A stretch of DNA of 55,107 bases, filler included, from Catajapyx aquilonaris (GCA_000934665.2; 3 parts of 3 records of this genome joined end to end with filler, not necessarily neighbours in it); one strand, 5' to 3'. Numbered from the whole stretch's first letter, positions 36,821 through 49,781 are shown. The notes: generated by a model not told the origin, from the letters alone. Made by a program: numbers and translations.

Positions 36821-38195
36821 CATCAGAAACCCCTAAAACGACCTTAAGATCATGAAAATCCCTTCATTATAACCGGAGATAGGTGCCGGGGGACGTTCCG
36901 AGACCACTATGCCCCCCTGCCCCCCCTCAGGGGGGGTGTAGGGGTCCGAAAATTTGCACCCCGCCATTTTTGGACAGCCTGGTCCCAAATCAACCCAAAA
37001 CCACCATAAAATCAATTTCAGCACGAAAATCGTACGGGAGCTGTTTTGATGACATACCATACCACACTATATAGTCATGCGGCAGGCAGAAACTTTGTGT
37101 ATTCGTGGAAAAAGTGGCAATTAGCATATGGGAGACCTCAGTTATAGGAGACTGATTTCAACAGTCCCTTGAAGTCTCTTACATCTAGCATCTACTGTAG
37201 GCCTATAATAACGTATATTTTTAAAAAAATTGTGTCTTAAAACTCACTCCATCAGGGAGTTCTACACTGCTTGGATGGTTAAAATAAAACCAGATCATTC
37301 AATAACACATTATTGACGTGTATGTTGAATGAACAAGTATTGTGGAAATTCATGTGCAGTAAAATCTGTCAGTAATGGACCCTGGATGGAGGATAAACCT
37401 GTTCACTGACACTGATTTCATTTGTTCCCAACAAAGAATTTTCAACATATTTCTTTCGTATACACCAGACAATTGTTCAGTAGAGGCAATGCTCACAGAA
37501 CAAAGCAATTCCATTCAAGACAGGGTCTCACCGTGATTTCCATCCACGTACCATAAAAATTTCGTTCATGCCACAGAGAAGTGCTGACAATATTGGATGA
37601 ATTTTTGAGATATCCACAAAATAATATATGATGAGATTAACTGTTTAAAAACCTGAGCCTGGTATGAATAAGAAAAGATAGTGCAATTATTCACTGGTCC
37701 TGATCTGTAAAAACTTTTTCACTATACAGCATTTTTGTTTGTTCTGGAAATCAAGACAGGACTTTGCCTGCATATTTCCTATTTTTCTCTGCATTTAGGG
37801 TACCTGCATATGTTTTTTGAACCTACCCATTTCCACCATGTCTGCTTGCACTTGAATGGCTGTTTTCTTTTGAATTACCCTTGCACTGTAGGATTATTGG
37901 AGACTGCAGACTGTGGTGACCAATTTGTATTGTGTTTGCAGTTGTGGCAGTGGCAGAATAATTTGTGCTCTTAAGCCTTGTAAGCATTCAAATACAAAAA
38001 CGCATAGTATTTATTCTATTCATGGCCACTGTGCCTCAAAAGTTATATGGATAACAAAACAAGTGTATATTGTTAATTTGTATCTTGATTTGTTATTGGA
38101 TAGTATTTTCATTAATTCCAACTTTGTAGTAAGTTGTTAATTGAATTTATAAAATGATTTTTTGTATCCCAAGGGCAGTATAGTATTAAGAGAGG

Positions 38196-41100
38196 TTACT
38201 TACCTTCAGGGGGTATCCCTTTCTTCATGTACAAGTGGTACAGCAGCATATGCAAAACTGCACATGCTGTGGACAGATATCCAATCCCTCTGAATGTTGC
38301 TCTTCCACCATAAGCCTTAAACAAGGCACCTCCCAGAAATGTTCCCAGTACAAAACCCAACCCATCATAGGCACTTCCTGCTACACTCTGCATTGTAGCT
38401 GATGTTCCAGGCGGGGATACCTCACTGGTATATGTTACCAGTGATGCATAAAAGAGGCCATAAGTGGGTCCATTGAGCACCTCGATGGGAAGTGTCCACC
38501 AGGGATCAGTCAGAAATGAGTAGAGGATGTTGCGGACAGCATAGGTCAGGAAGCAGAGAGTTAGGGTGTTGGCATGCCCGAGCTTGCGAAAGATCCATCC
38601 AGAGACAACCAGAAAAGGAAGCTCTCCCAGAAAGGTTTGCACTCCTAGACACAAGCCCTGCAAGAGCTTCATGTTGTGTGAGCCATACTCTTCGGCAAGG
38701 TCCTCTAAATACCTGTAGGAAAGAATAAAGTTTTTTAAAATTATGACATTGATTCACATCTTGACTACTGATCTTCATGGAAGAGGAACAACAGTTTTGC
38801 AATTGGGATGAAATATCCTCACGTGAATAGGAATGCAGAACCAAAATCACTGATGCAACTGATAAACATGCAGGATTCAAACCTAAGATTCCACAGATGG
38901 ATACCAGCCTTACTGACTATCTAATCATCTAATATTATTAGAGGACAAATCAATGCCTCATCAATACATATTACAGTAATGAGATATTCACTGAGACATG
39001 CACTTGTCTCCACTTCATGTACCTGTACCAAGTTACATCACTCATTTGCTATAACCATACCCCCCAAAACTTACCAAAAGTGAAAGTAGATGAAGATCGC
39101 TTCAATTATCCCATAAAGTACCACGAATGTGAAGAAGCATATGATTCGCACCTCCTTAAAGACGAGGGCCACGTCTTTCAGTATGTTCTGTGACTGTGGC
39201 AGCTTTGGCAGGTGAAGGGGATAGGCACATGCCAGGCAGGCCACTGAGAATGCCAGGAGGAGGATGAATGCAGGAGTGAAATCGACCAAGACGTGCCCAA
39301 AACTCCAGATGTCCACAAGCCACCCAGCAAGGATTCCTGACAAGCCCCAACCCACAGTGCCCCAGACACGCTGCAGCCCAAAAGCAGACATGTTATCCTC
39401 ACCTAGAAACAAGATGGTACAATACATGCTTGACATGCTGCAATGTTTCAACAATGCTGCCCAGCAGCCAGTTATATTGTAGGACTAAACTTACCCATCT
39501 ACTGTATAATAATAATAATAATAAGAATAATAATAAGAATAAGAAGAATAATAATAAGAATAAGAAGAATAATAATAAGAATAAGAAGAATAATAATAAG
39601 CAGGATAATTATTATCTTGCAGGCTATCTTTTAATTACCACAGTAGAAGGAAATTGAAGAACCCGAAGACAATCCCTCCAACGCAAACGACTAGAAAAAC
39701 TATTCAAGTAGTTCCCATCTAAGAATATTCTTTACTTAATATGGGAATTAAATGCAGGGAAAATGATTGTGATGAATTACGAGGATGATTCTTAGTTTTA
39801 GTCAACAATTAGTAACAAGGCAAAACCTCAAAGTTTTGTTTTACCAAGTTTGGTATTCCCCCCTAAATCTAACAAGGCGTATGTATGACATTCAGGGTGA
39901 TCCTATTGAAATGTCCATTTTAACAATGATTTGGCACTAAGCTACTTATTTTAAGCAGTTACTTGTGTATAGTTACTTTTAGTGGTTATCAAAAGTAGTT
40001 TTAAAACATTAAGTTGCATTGCCCAAATCTTTTTACTGCCTGGAAGGGGTCTGGACTGTGAAAAATGAGCTATATCATTTACATTCTATGCCTATTATTC
40101 CAATGGGCCATTCCCAGGCCATTCACATGAAAATTAACTGTAATTAAAAACCTAGATACAGTAGAACCCCGATTATCCGACCTCAAATTTTCTGACTCCT
40201 CGGTTTATCCAACCATTTCGCTCTGAAATAAATCTATGTTTTCTCATGAAATAATGTAATGCTCTAGGCATTTGTTTATTTTGCATTAGTTAAATCGTAA
40301 ATACAGTACAGTAAAGTGTGGGTGTAAAAGAAAAAATATATTTCACTATTTCTTAGAAAACCATAATATTGTACATTATTTCATGTTTTCGTGTTTTTTG
40401 TTGTTTTCTTAGTTTTTTTAAACTCCCTGGATTATCCGATTATGTCCCAGTCCCATGGGTGACGGATAATCGGGGTTCTACTGTAGATGATTCAATGCAG
40501 CCTAATATTAGCAAGTAAAACTTTTGATATCTAGTAAAGTAACTGCTCCAAAATGACAGCATAAAAATAAACAGCTTAGAGCAGCCCCCAGCAACTCCCA
40601 GCCTAGCCTTATGGTGACGGTCGGTTGATTATTACTAGCAACTGACATTCTTTTGCTCTCACTGTTTGTCACATAAGTACACCTACCTAATAAGATTAGT
40701 TTCAGATTACTATTGTAGATTGTTGCATTAGAAAAGTGTGAATTTAAGGTCAAAATGAAATAGTCTCACAGCCAAAAAATTAGGTTATTACATACTTCTT
40801 TGAGCATGGGTACATACAGTATACTTATACTATATATTACCATTACATACGGTAGGCCTTAGCCTATGCTTTTCATGTTAACAATTATTTCTTCAATTTC
40901 CCCAATCAGAGTAACAAGGTCATTTGCAACATGCTTCTGATTGTATCAAAATTCATTATACTTTAAGAGGTGCTAAAAATAATATTATTCATAACATTAA
41001 ACAACATAACTATAGCTTACCCAGAATGTCACAGCACACAGCGTCAGATATGCTCTGCACTACATTGAATCCAATGCTGGCTAACAACATCAGAATGCAG

Positions 41101-42441
41101 AAGATCCAAAAATTGGCATTTTCCACAACTTCCTCATTGCTGAAGTCCTGCTTCAAGCACTCATGCAATGTTGGACACGTCACCACACATGGTGACAAGG
41201 TTTTGCACTCACTGGATACACTCCCATTGATAGGATACATGGTGATGCAGGTACTGTTGGAATTTAATACTGCATATGATACAGTTTCAGTGCCACTGGT
41301 GCACACGTGAGGACAGTCAGCACATGTGATCTCGCATATTTGGGCATCAGGTACAAGGCAATATATTCCACACTTCTGTAACTCTGTTCCACACTGTTGC
41401 CAACCTTCTCCATCCCACTTGTTCATGTTTGGTATGAAGTAAATAGCAAGGTATGCCACTGACTGCAGCACAATAAGTGACATAAATATGCACTTCCGAT
41501 GCGATGAAAACCGGTCCGCCAGGTATCCAAATATTGGCTTAGCAACAACATAGAATACTGGCATGATAGCTGTAACTGACCCCATTAGAACTTCTGATAC
41601 ACCCAGTTGCCGGCCAAGGACCATCAGATATGGCAGTATTGGGCCTTGTGCTGAAAAATATTGCACAAAATTGATTTGGTATGCTGTTAAATCTTGAGAA
41701 AATCCATGCTCAATGGATTTCCCATAAATATATGGCACTATTAGAGATTGTCTGTAATACCAACCTGCATAAAAAGTAAAGTAGTATGCCTTGATAAGGA
41801 TCAGCTTGCAGTTTACTTTCCATTTTGATTTGGTCTCCTTTTTATCTTGCGCTGCAATTATACAAGAAAACTAATTATACACAAACTGGTATTGGCTTTC
41901 TCAACTTAGTGGGAATATGAGACGGGTCTATTCGATTATAAATTTTTGTTTGCTACACAAAATTGTTGTCTGATAAATTTATATACTACAGCATGTGTGT
42001 GAACATGATGAGGCAAGTACAGTATTACTGCATAACAAATATCTGTGCACTTTATTATGAATTGCTATTTATCATTGCTATTGTCTTTGAATCTAACATC
42101 TGGCTGCATCAACTAGAAAATCTATTGTATACCTATTGTAAATACCTACAACTAAGTGTAAGTGTTCATACAACTGACCTTAAGTTGCAAGTGCTGCACA
42201 GAGAAACCTTAGTACCAGCAACTGGTTCACCCTGAATGCAGGTAACAATGACATAACTAAAATTTCCATGTGGTATGGTTTAAATTGAAACCCGTACAAC
42301 ACTCTTGAGAAGGCTTCTCATCCATAGTGCATATTAAAATTCAGCAAAAATTGCAGCTAGTAAAACCATAAAAGCACACTTACTCACACATCTGCTGCCG
42401 GAATTATCATCAGCACTGTCACTAGCTTTTGCTTCCATCAT
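38196..42441 (-). CDS. MFSD6-like major facilitator superfamily transporter (~539 aa if it stops at 38196)
   Basis: Phase-consistent exons: 42441-42384 (MMEAKASD..), 41851-41765 (KVNCKLILIKAYYFTFYA), 41650-41021 (GPILPYLMVLGRQLG..AKPIFGYLADRF..SISDAVCCDILG), 39402-39075 (FGLQRVWGTVGWG), 38712-38196 (WYLEDL..GELPF..PIEVLNGPTYGLFY..PGTSATMQ). A perfect G|GTAAGT donor after 38204 may add a further terminal exon. Confidence 0.88.
39506..39600. repeat. Compound (AAT/AAG) microsatellite with higher-order period
   Basis: AATAATAATAAGAATAAGAAG units repeated about three times. Confidence 0.85.
40159..40483. mobile_element. Tigger/pogo-like MITE in an MFS intron
   Basis: TA|CAGTAGAACCCCGATTATCCG ... 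CGGATAATCGGGGTTCTACTG|TA. Confidence 0.9.
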
Positions 42442-44279
42442 GAATAAATCTGGCACAACCTGATGACGAAAGGTGTAGCACTGACAATTTATTAATATAA
42501 TGCCATGCTCTACTGGAACAGTCCTTTGGATGAGAGGCAGCTGAGCATGAGCAGATATTAGTTAACACACTCCGTCAATTGTCCAAACTCAAGGTTGTAT
42601 CTCCTGTTATGCAATGTTGCAATAGCTTTTATCTTTTTGATTAGGATGCCTGTATGGCTACAAGTCTGTTATTCAGGGGAAGCAGTGTCTTTATTTATAT
42701 AGCAGATGTCGAAATATTTGGATGCAAAGGTGCAACTTGCTCTCCAAAATTGTCATCTGCATTCCAAACTGAGCTGTGTAGTGCAAAGTTTGCACTCCAA
42801 TTGGCTCTGCTTTTAAACATGGCTATACCCAGCAATTAAAAATTAAGCACTCCAAATAAGCAATTTGCACTCCAGATTAAAGGCTGGAGTGCAAATTTTG
42901 CATCTGGACAAAAATTTTAAATTTTGACCCTGATAATTATAGTCTAGCAATGGTTTTGCAGTCAGTGAACAGGAGCAAAGAGTATGTTCATATACATTGC
43001 AAATTTGAACTTTTTTCAAACTTTAAAGGGCTGCAGGAAGAGATTTGAAAGTGCAAGAATTATCATTCCAAATTCATTATATCTTCTGCGTGGCCGGACC
43101 AGTCACCAGAAGATCCATTGTAATGGTCATACAAGATGGCTAGGCACAAACTAGTCATCGCTGGCTACCCCACTTGTGGGATTATGCCGTGATGTAATGA
43201 ATGAATGAATGAAAAAGAATTCTTATTTGCATTTGTAAAGCAATGGTAATTGAGACCCAGTTTTTCACTTGTATTTTGCCAACAAAAATTAACGTAAAGA
43301 AATTGAAGAGGGTGCGCATGGAAATTCCCCATGCCACATTGCGCAGAAAGTATTGCACAATTTATTATTATTGCTTTCATTCTAGCCTGTAACAATTTGA
43401 CCTTCTAAAAATGATCAACCCCTGCATCTCTATTGTCACTCTTTTGTAATTCAAGGTCAGTTGGTAACAAAATGTCTGTTAGGGGTCATTGTAAGATGCT
43501 CCTCTGAGCTTGCCAATTTGAGTCAGTCAGGAAAACCTACTGCGCACTACCCCTTACTTTACACTTTACCCGCCCATATTCCTTTTCCTCCAATTCAGGG
43601 TGCCAACAGGACTTGTGCACATCGGTGATATTTCTACCGACATGAACGTTAACTTAATTGTGAAACACATGGTAGAATCAAAGTAGAGGCATAATCACTC
43701 TGGAAGAAAACTGAACCAGTACCGGCTTGCATTACAAAAACAACTAGCGGCTGATGACAATTTTTTGGTGTAGTTATTCTCAGTCTCAACTTTTGCTTTA
43801 GGTCCAGAAATACACCAAACATGGAGGAAAACCCGCTACAGAATTTTGGTGAAATTTTGCAAAAGGTAGAAAAGATTTACTTCATGCCAGTGAAAGCATC
43901 CTCAGCAACATAGGAACATCAAGGAATATCCAGTGATCAATATCGATGTCCAATGAACATGCTGTGAATGTTCAAAAATGAACATTGGATTTTTGTCAAT
44001 TTGTAAATGTCCACAATGTCATATAAAAGTAATCAACCTACTTAATATTACAGGTAGCAAGTTTTATTCAGTAAAATGCTAATTAATAATATGTTGCTAC
44101 AATCCAAATACATCCACCTGTAACAAAACCATTCGAGTCACTCCATATTTAATAATCATAGCACCACTACTGACCCTGACAGCGCATCTTACTAACCGTT
44201 ACCAACCGTAAGCCAAGCGTCAAGTACCTACGACTTCGAATCAGCTGATTTTCAGTTGCAAAATAAACAAAAACACACA

Positions 44280-44655
44280 CATCCCGCCACATTTGTGCTC
44301 AGATCACGTGGACTTGATACCTGCTCGTAATAGGCTAATGCAAACAGACGCCCAATATGGCGACCTTCATCAAGCCTTCACAACACATGACCATGTGACG
44401 AAATTATTGGCTGATGATTGGCTCAAACTGCAATATGGTGCCCACCCTCGCGGGGTTTTGAACTTCAATGAAATTAATCAGACGCATGCGCCTATGCGTA
44501 CTTATATGCAGACTGAAATATGTGTAGAATGTACCATACTTGTGAATCATTCTATGAATACCTCTAAATTCACGTCTAAATTATTCTCGGGCGGAAATTT
44601 GCATTCCCTTTCCTGATTGGCTATAGCAGTAACTTCCGTGCACACTTCCGGTGCA
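44280..44655. promoter_or_regulatory. Probable bidirectional promoter for the MFSD6-like gene and parvin
   Basis: CCAAT at 44352; ATTGG at 44406, 44417, 44616; CACGTG at 44305; NRF1-like ACGCATGCGC at 44482; E2F-like GGCGGAAA at 44590; ETS-like ACTTCCGG at 44644. Lies between divergent genes. Confidence 0.55.
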
Positions 44656-44703
44656 CATTGTTGCTTTCAAAATCTGTCAAGTACGTGGGTTACCCACTTT
44701 GTG

Positions 44704-44963
44704 CAGGGGTTCCCAACCTGGGAGTCGTGGCCCCCCAAGGGGGCCGTGGAGCAGGTCCAGGGGGGCCGTCAGAGGCATTGTACCATATTTGGTGTTTTAT
44801 TGTATTAATATTGTGGGGAAATTTCTTGTATTGTTTGGCTGCTTTGAAGATGTTTGATGGCGGCTTCATTAAAGATTTATGTATGTTACGTTTGCAAGGG
44901 GGGCCATGGAGAAATTTTAGGTGATTTGGGGGGTCGCGGGTGCAAAAAGGTTGGGTACCCCTG
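44704..44963. mobile_element. hAT-type MITE, probably in a parvin 5' UTR intron (GTACGT donor at 44681, acceptor AG at 45001-45002)
   Basis: TIR CAGGGGTTCCCAACC / GGTTGGGTACCCCTG. Confidence 0.8.
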
Positions 44964-45043
44964 CACATGTGGCTCACATACCTTTTTTTAACTCCTCTGC
45001 AGGAGCGACGTCCTACACTCCGTCAGTGGGTACTCTGATCGCT

Positions 45044-48000
45044 ATGTCGTTGCCACGGTCCAAATCACCACATCTGACACCCAAGAAGGACGAGAAGGAT
45101 GAGTCCTTCTGGGAGAAGATCGGGACACTCGGCAGGAAGAAGAGAATCAAGGAAGGTACCGCAATTTGGGTCATCTATAGGGTTCTAGGCTCATTATCAG
45201 CCGAAATAAGTGGGTCATTGCGTTGACAATGTCTGCCCATTTAAGGGTGTTTGATGTCACACTGGTTGGTGTAAGCTGTGGTGAAAATGCGTCACTTCTG
45301 GTGTTGATGCCACAGTGACACTTAAATTATGTGTTATTGAAATGGCCTATACTGTGGGATGAATGGTGGAATCGCGGGGATAATGCTGTTAAATGATATG
45401 GCCGTTGATACTAATGACTGCTATTTTCTTAGTGCAAGAGGTCCAGCAGGAGGGAAAGAAAGCAATTGATTCGCCTGGGAATGCATTGACCCCAGCTTTA
45501 CCCCCAGAGGAGTATGCACTTGGTGAGGAAGCTTGCTCTTAAGAAGTGTTTGCAGGCTTAACTGTTAAATTGCTATGTTTCCCAGAGGAGAATGAGGAAC
45601 GATCCATGATGGAGCCAAGGTCTTTTGAAGATCCTAAGCTGAAGGAGCTTATTTCTGTCCTGATTGAGTGGATAAATGATGAGCTAGCCAGCCAGAGGAT
45701 CATTGTCAAGGACATTGATGAGGATTTGTATGATGGGCAGGTACTACAGAAACTCATCGGTGAGTTATAGCCAAGGTTTTATAAGATGGTGTACAGTACA
45801 AGTTCAGATCATTGCATTCATGCTCTTGTCTGTTGAATAAGAATAATGTTATAGCCTACCAATATACTGTATGTAAAGAGAGCATGTTATCAGTGAATTA
45901 TTGAGAAAGCATATCAGCGTTGGTGACTGTGTCATTATTATTATTGTCGTTGAAATTTGTGAGGTGCGACATACAGGTTCCAAGTATCAGGATTGCTAAT
46001 ATCAGCCAAGGTAGTTATTTTATGTAGCTTGTTGCACCCTGATCCAGGTGCCCAATTATTCTCAGGTGTGGTCGAACGTAGCAGCTGCTATACAGAGTGT
46101 ATCAGAGTCACGAGTCAAGCGCGCGCGAGGGGGTGGGGAAAAATTGTAGGTGGCGACTACCCCGGTCAGTTTTATAAAACAATTAGAAATACGGCAGTAA
46201 TCAATTTATTTATTACAGCCGTATGGCGTGACGTCACGTCCTTTCTGTTTGAATTGAGCCTGGCGGGCACGGCAAATGCAAGGCAAGAGTGCAGTGGTTT
46301 GAACGTGTTTGAAGCTGGTTGAACGAGTTTTTAGCCTTGCTGGTTGCACTGAAAAAGGCGCTCTCATGCTACACCGGCAGGGTACTGAACAAAGTAGTGT
46401 ACTACTGTACAGTGGTGTGTTCAGTACTCTGCCGGTGTAGCATGAGAGCGCCTTTTTCAGTTCAACCAGCTTCAAACACGTTCAAACCACTGCACTCTTG
46501 CCTTGCATTTGCCGTGCCCGTGAGGCTCAATTCAAACAGAACGGACGTGATGTCACGCCATACGGCCGTAATAAATAAATTGATTACTGCCGTATTTCTA
46601 ATTGTTTTATAAAACTGACCGGGGTAGTCGCCACCTACAATTTTTCCCCACCCCCTCGCGTGCGCTTGACTCGTGACTCTGATACATCCTGTATAATAGA
46701 GCACCTCGATTGGGGTGCAAAAAGCTGCAAAAAAAAACTCCCAGAGAGATTTCGTATAAAGCGACCTGAATACTTGGAACACCATGTCCATGTTTTATGC
46801 ATGCGACAGGAGTTCTTTACAGCTCCCTGAAACATACTGAGCACTAATGATACATGCTGCCATATTCCATTGCAGAAAAGCTAACAGAGAAGAAAATGGA
46901 TGTCCCAGAAGTAACTCAGTCAGAGGAAGGCCAAAGGCAAAAGCTAGAAGTGGTCCTTGGGGTGTCCAACCAGGTTCTTGGCCTCCCACCACAGTGGGCC
47001 ACTCTCTCCCGGCGGAGTGGGAAGACTGGCACCCCCACCCATTACCATGCCCCTGGCACAGCTGGGGCTCAGGGTCCTAAATGGTCAGTTGAAAGTGTCC
47101 ACTCCAAGAGTGTTGTGGCCATCCTGCACCTCCTGGTAGCGCTTGCCAGGCACTTTCGGGCTCCAGTGCGTCTTCCGGAAAATGTTAGTGTGCATGTAGT
47201 GGTGGTTAGAAAGAGAGATGGGATCTTATCTCACCATACCACAAATGAGGAGATTACCTCCACATATGATGACCTGGGAATGAAGTGTGAAAGGGATGCA
47301 TTTGACACACTCTTTGATCATGCTCCAGACAAGTTGCAAGTTGTTAAGAAGGTAAGTGCTATTTTCTTGTAGTTGTCCCAGTGAGGTCTAGTGTGAAATT
47401 TATTTTTCCGAGGTGTTTTAATCAAACATTTAACTATAATCTCTTTCCACAGTCCCTAGTGACATTTGTGAACAAGCACTTGAACAAAGTCAACTTGGAG
47501 GTGACAGACCTGGACACACAGTTTAGTGATGGCGTATACCTAACCCTGCTAATGGGCCTGCTAGAAGGATACTTTGTGCCACTCTACGACTTCCACCTCA
47601 CCCCGAGCGATTTTGAGAGCAAGGTGCACAATGTGCAATTTTCCTTCGAACTTATGCAAGATGCAGGGCTTGCCAGGCCTAAGGCTAGACCTGAAGGTTA
47701 GTGCAGTTAGCTTTGTTAATGCAGCAATGCTTTTCTCTACAGTTGTCATTAACAGCCAGAAGTCCCCCATAAATTTTTATATCTTTATGTATTTTTAAAA
47801 TTCCATTTTCTACCACAAGAAAAACTTTACATGATTCGTGAGTGGAGGAACCTCCCCTCAAAGCTGTAACCTAATATCACAAAAATTTAACTTTGTAGAA
47901 GTAAGAAAAAATAAAATGAGAGCTAACTGTCTGTGTATCTCTTCTGTATAGTTTGTGAAGATTTAAAAAATAAATCAACAATTTGATTCATTAGCCAATA

Positions 48001-48751
48001 GTGAAAAAGATGACAAATAACCAACCTTATGTACCTAAAATTAGAATATAATGTACACTTTCCTTAAAATATATTAACATTCTCGAAGGTTCCTAATATC
48101 CAATGTGGCCGAATTAAATAATTATGAAGAAATTGCGAAAGAGCTTTCCAGTCCAATTTTTCACTACTTATTTCTCATGAAAGTATTTCCCCCCTCTTTT
48201 ATCAGAAAATGTTATTAGAAGCAACCTCTATTAAAATATTATTGTATTGTACAGAAAAATCCAGGCTGGAAGGTATTCTTATTGAGAGTAATTGTAATAG
48301 TGTAGAGAACATTATTTATTATCAGTAGGCCAACTGAGTTTCTTTCAGTAATCACATCACATGTTATAAAGTTATACAATTCACGTTTTGGAAAATTAAT
48401 TTGGCAACTATATGCTTCAGGGCAATGAGCTATATGGTGGGGTGGGGGGAAGTTGGCGGAACACATTTTCTTTGAAAAACGACTTCAACAACCACAAGGG
48501 GTTACTTCACAGACCCTTTACAATGTGCCAGGGAAGCGGAGAAACTGGGTGTCAGTCATGCACCATTGATCTCACAGCTTGCACATATTCATACTTTGCG
48601 GAGAAAAAAGGAAGTTGCCTTTTTCCTGCCATTTGGCCTGTTCATTTTAACAGAGACTTAACTTTTTTTTCCAGATATTGTCAACAGTGATCTGAAGTCA
48701 ACCTTGCGCATTTTGTACAACTTGTTCACCAAGTACAAAGACATCAGTTAA
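45044..48751 (+). CDS. parvin: Parvin (two CH domains), 390 aa, six coding exons
   Basis: Exons 45044-45155, 45433-45522, 45586-45759, 46876-47351, 47453-47696, 48675-48751 total 1173 nt, all GT-AG and phase-consistent. Motifs: KDESFWEKIGTLGRKK, WINDEL..QRIIVKD.DEDLYDGQVLQKL, RDAFDTLFDHAPDKL, DLKSTLRILYNLFTKYK. Confidence 0.96.
46093..46691. mobile_element. ~600-bp almost fully palindromic Tc1/mariner-type MITE in a parvin intron
   Basis: TA|CAGAGTGTATCAGAGTCACGAGTCAAGC ... GCTTGACTCGTGACTCTGATACATCCTG|TA. Arms pair nearly to the centre. Confidence 0.9.
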
Positions 48752-49381
48752 ACAATGCCAAATTATTGGAGGATTTGATTCTAATCAATCATGCTGCCAT
48801 CTAAAGGCTGTTTCTCATATTTGGCGGAAGGTGTATGGGGCTGGAAATTGGTGTTCAGGGAGTGGAATGCTACTGGTGACAACTCAAAATTTCTGTGAGG
48901 CTGGATTGCAGTAGTTCAACCCATTGGGATTTTGATAAGATGGGAAGCATATGATGGAGAGCTGGAAGAAAAGTGGTTGCAATTGTTTATCGGAATGTGC
49001 TTACTTCGAGATGGGATTGTTATAGTGCTGCAATTCCACCTGGAATCTTCTAGAACGCATTTCCTGTCCACTTGCTAATGACTGATTATGTGATGAAACA
49101 GTCTTTAAGTTTAATTTTCTACATGTGTGTCATTCCAGTGCTATTTTGTGCTACTAATACCAGAATTCAAGTTTTATAAATGAAATTATCAGCTGTCTAG
49201 CCTAGATTTCAGTGAAACTTTGACAGTACAATGGTATTTTATTGCAAATTTCTTTTTGACTGGTTATAATGGTAACATTCAAACTTTTACTGCACTCTAA
49301 GAGTAGACGGCAATAATACAGTGAAACCTGTGCCTTGTCAGTTTCTAAAATACCATGTGTGTGTTACTTAAAATGTAGGTA

Positions 49382-49550
49382 CTGTGCTGGACATTAATGG
49401 TGTCATACTGGTGGTGCCACGAGTCCCTGCATGACGGCAAAAGAGAGAATCAAAGTGATGAATTAGCAACCAGTACATCACTCCGATTTGCTCTTTTGCC
49501 GCCAGGGACTCGTGGCACCACCAGTAGGACACAATAAATGTCCAGCACTG
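49382..49550. mobile_element. Tc1-like MITE with ~48-bp TIRs
   Basis: TA|CTGTGCTGGACATTAATGGTGTC ... GACACAATAAATGTCCAGCACTG|TA. Confidence 0.8.
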
Positions 49551-49781
49551 TACAATGGTGCAAATTCTGCCCAATCATGTGCCTCAGTCCTGTGACTTTA
49601 AAAAGTGGCATATTTCTACATGTAAAAAATGAATTATTAATAAATAACAGCCAACAGACAAAGATGGAAATTGATCTTGATATGGACTGTAGATTGGTTC
49701 CAGAGTTGTGACAATATTTAACCTGTTGTGTGTTGAGGACTACATTTCTTGTTGTTTTTTGTGGCTTTTATATATAATATA

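Noticed and set aside
42461..42490. Hammerhead-like core CTGATGA-C-GAAA
   Set aside because: No helix II and no compatible helix I/III with a cleavage triplet.
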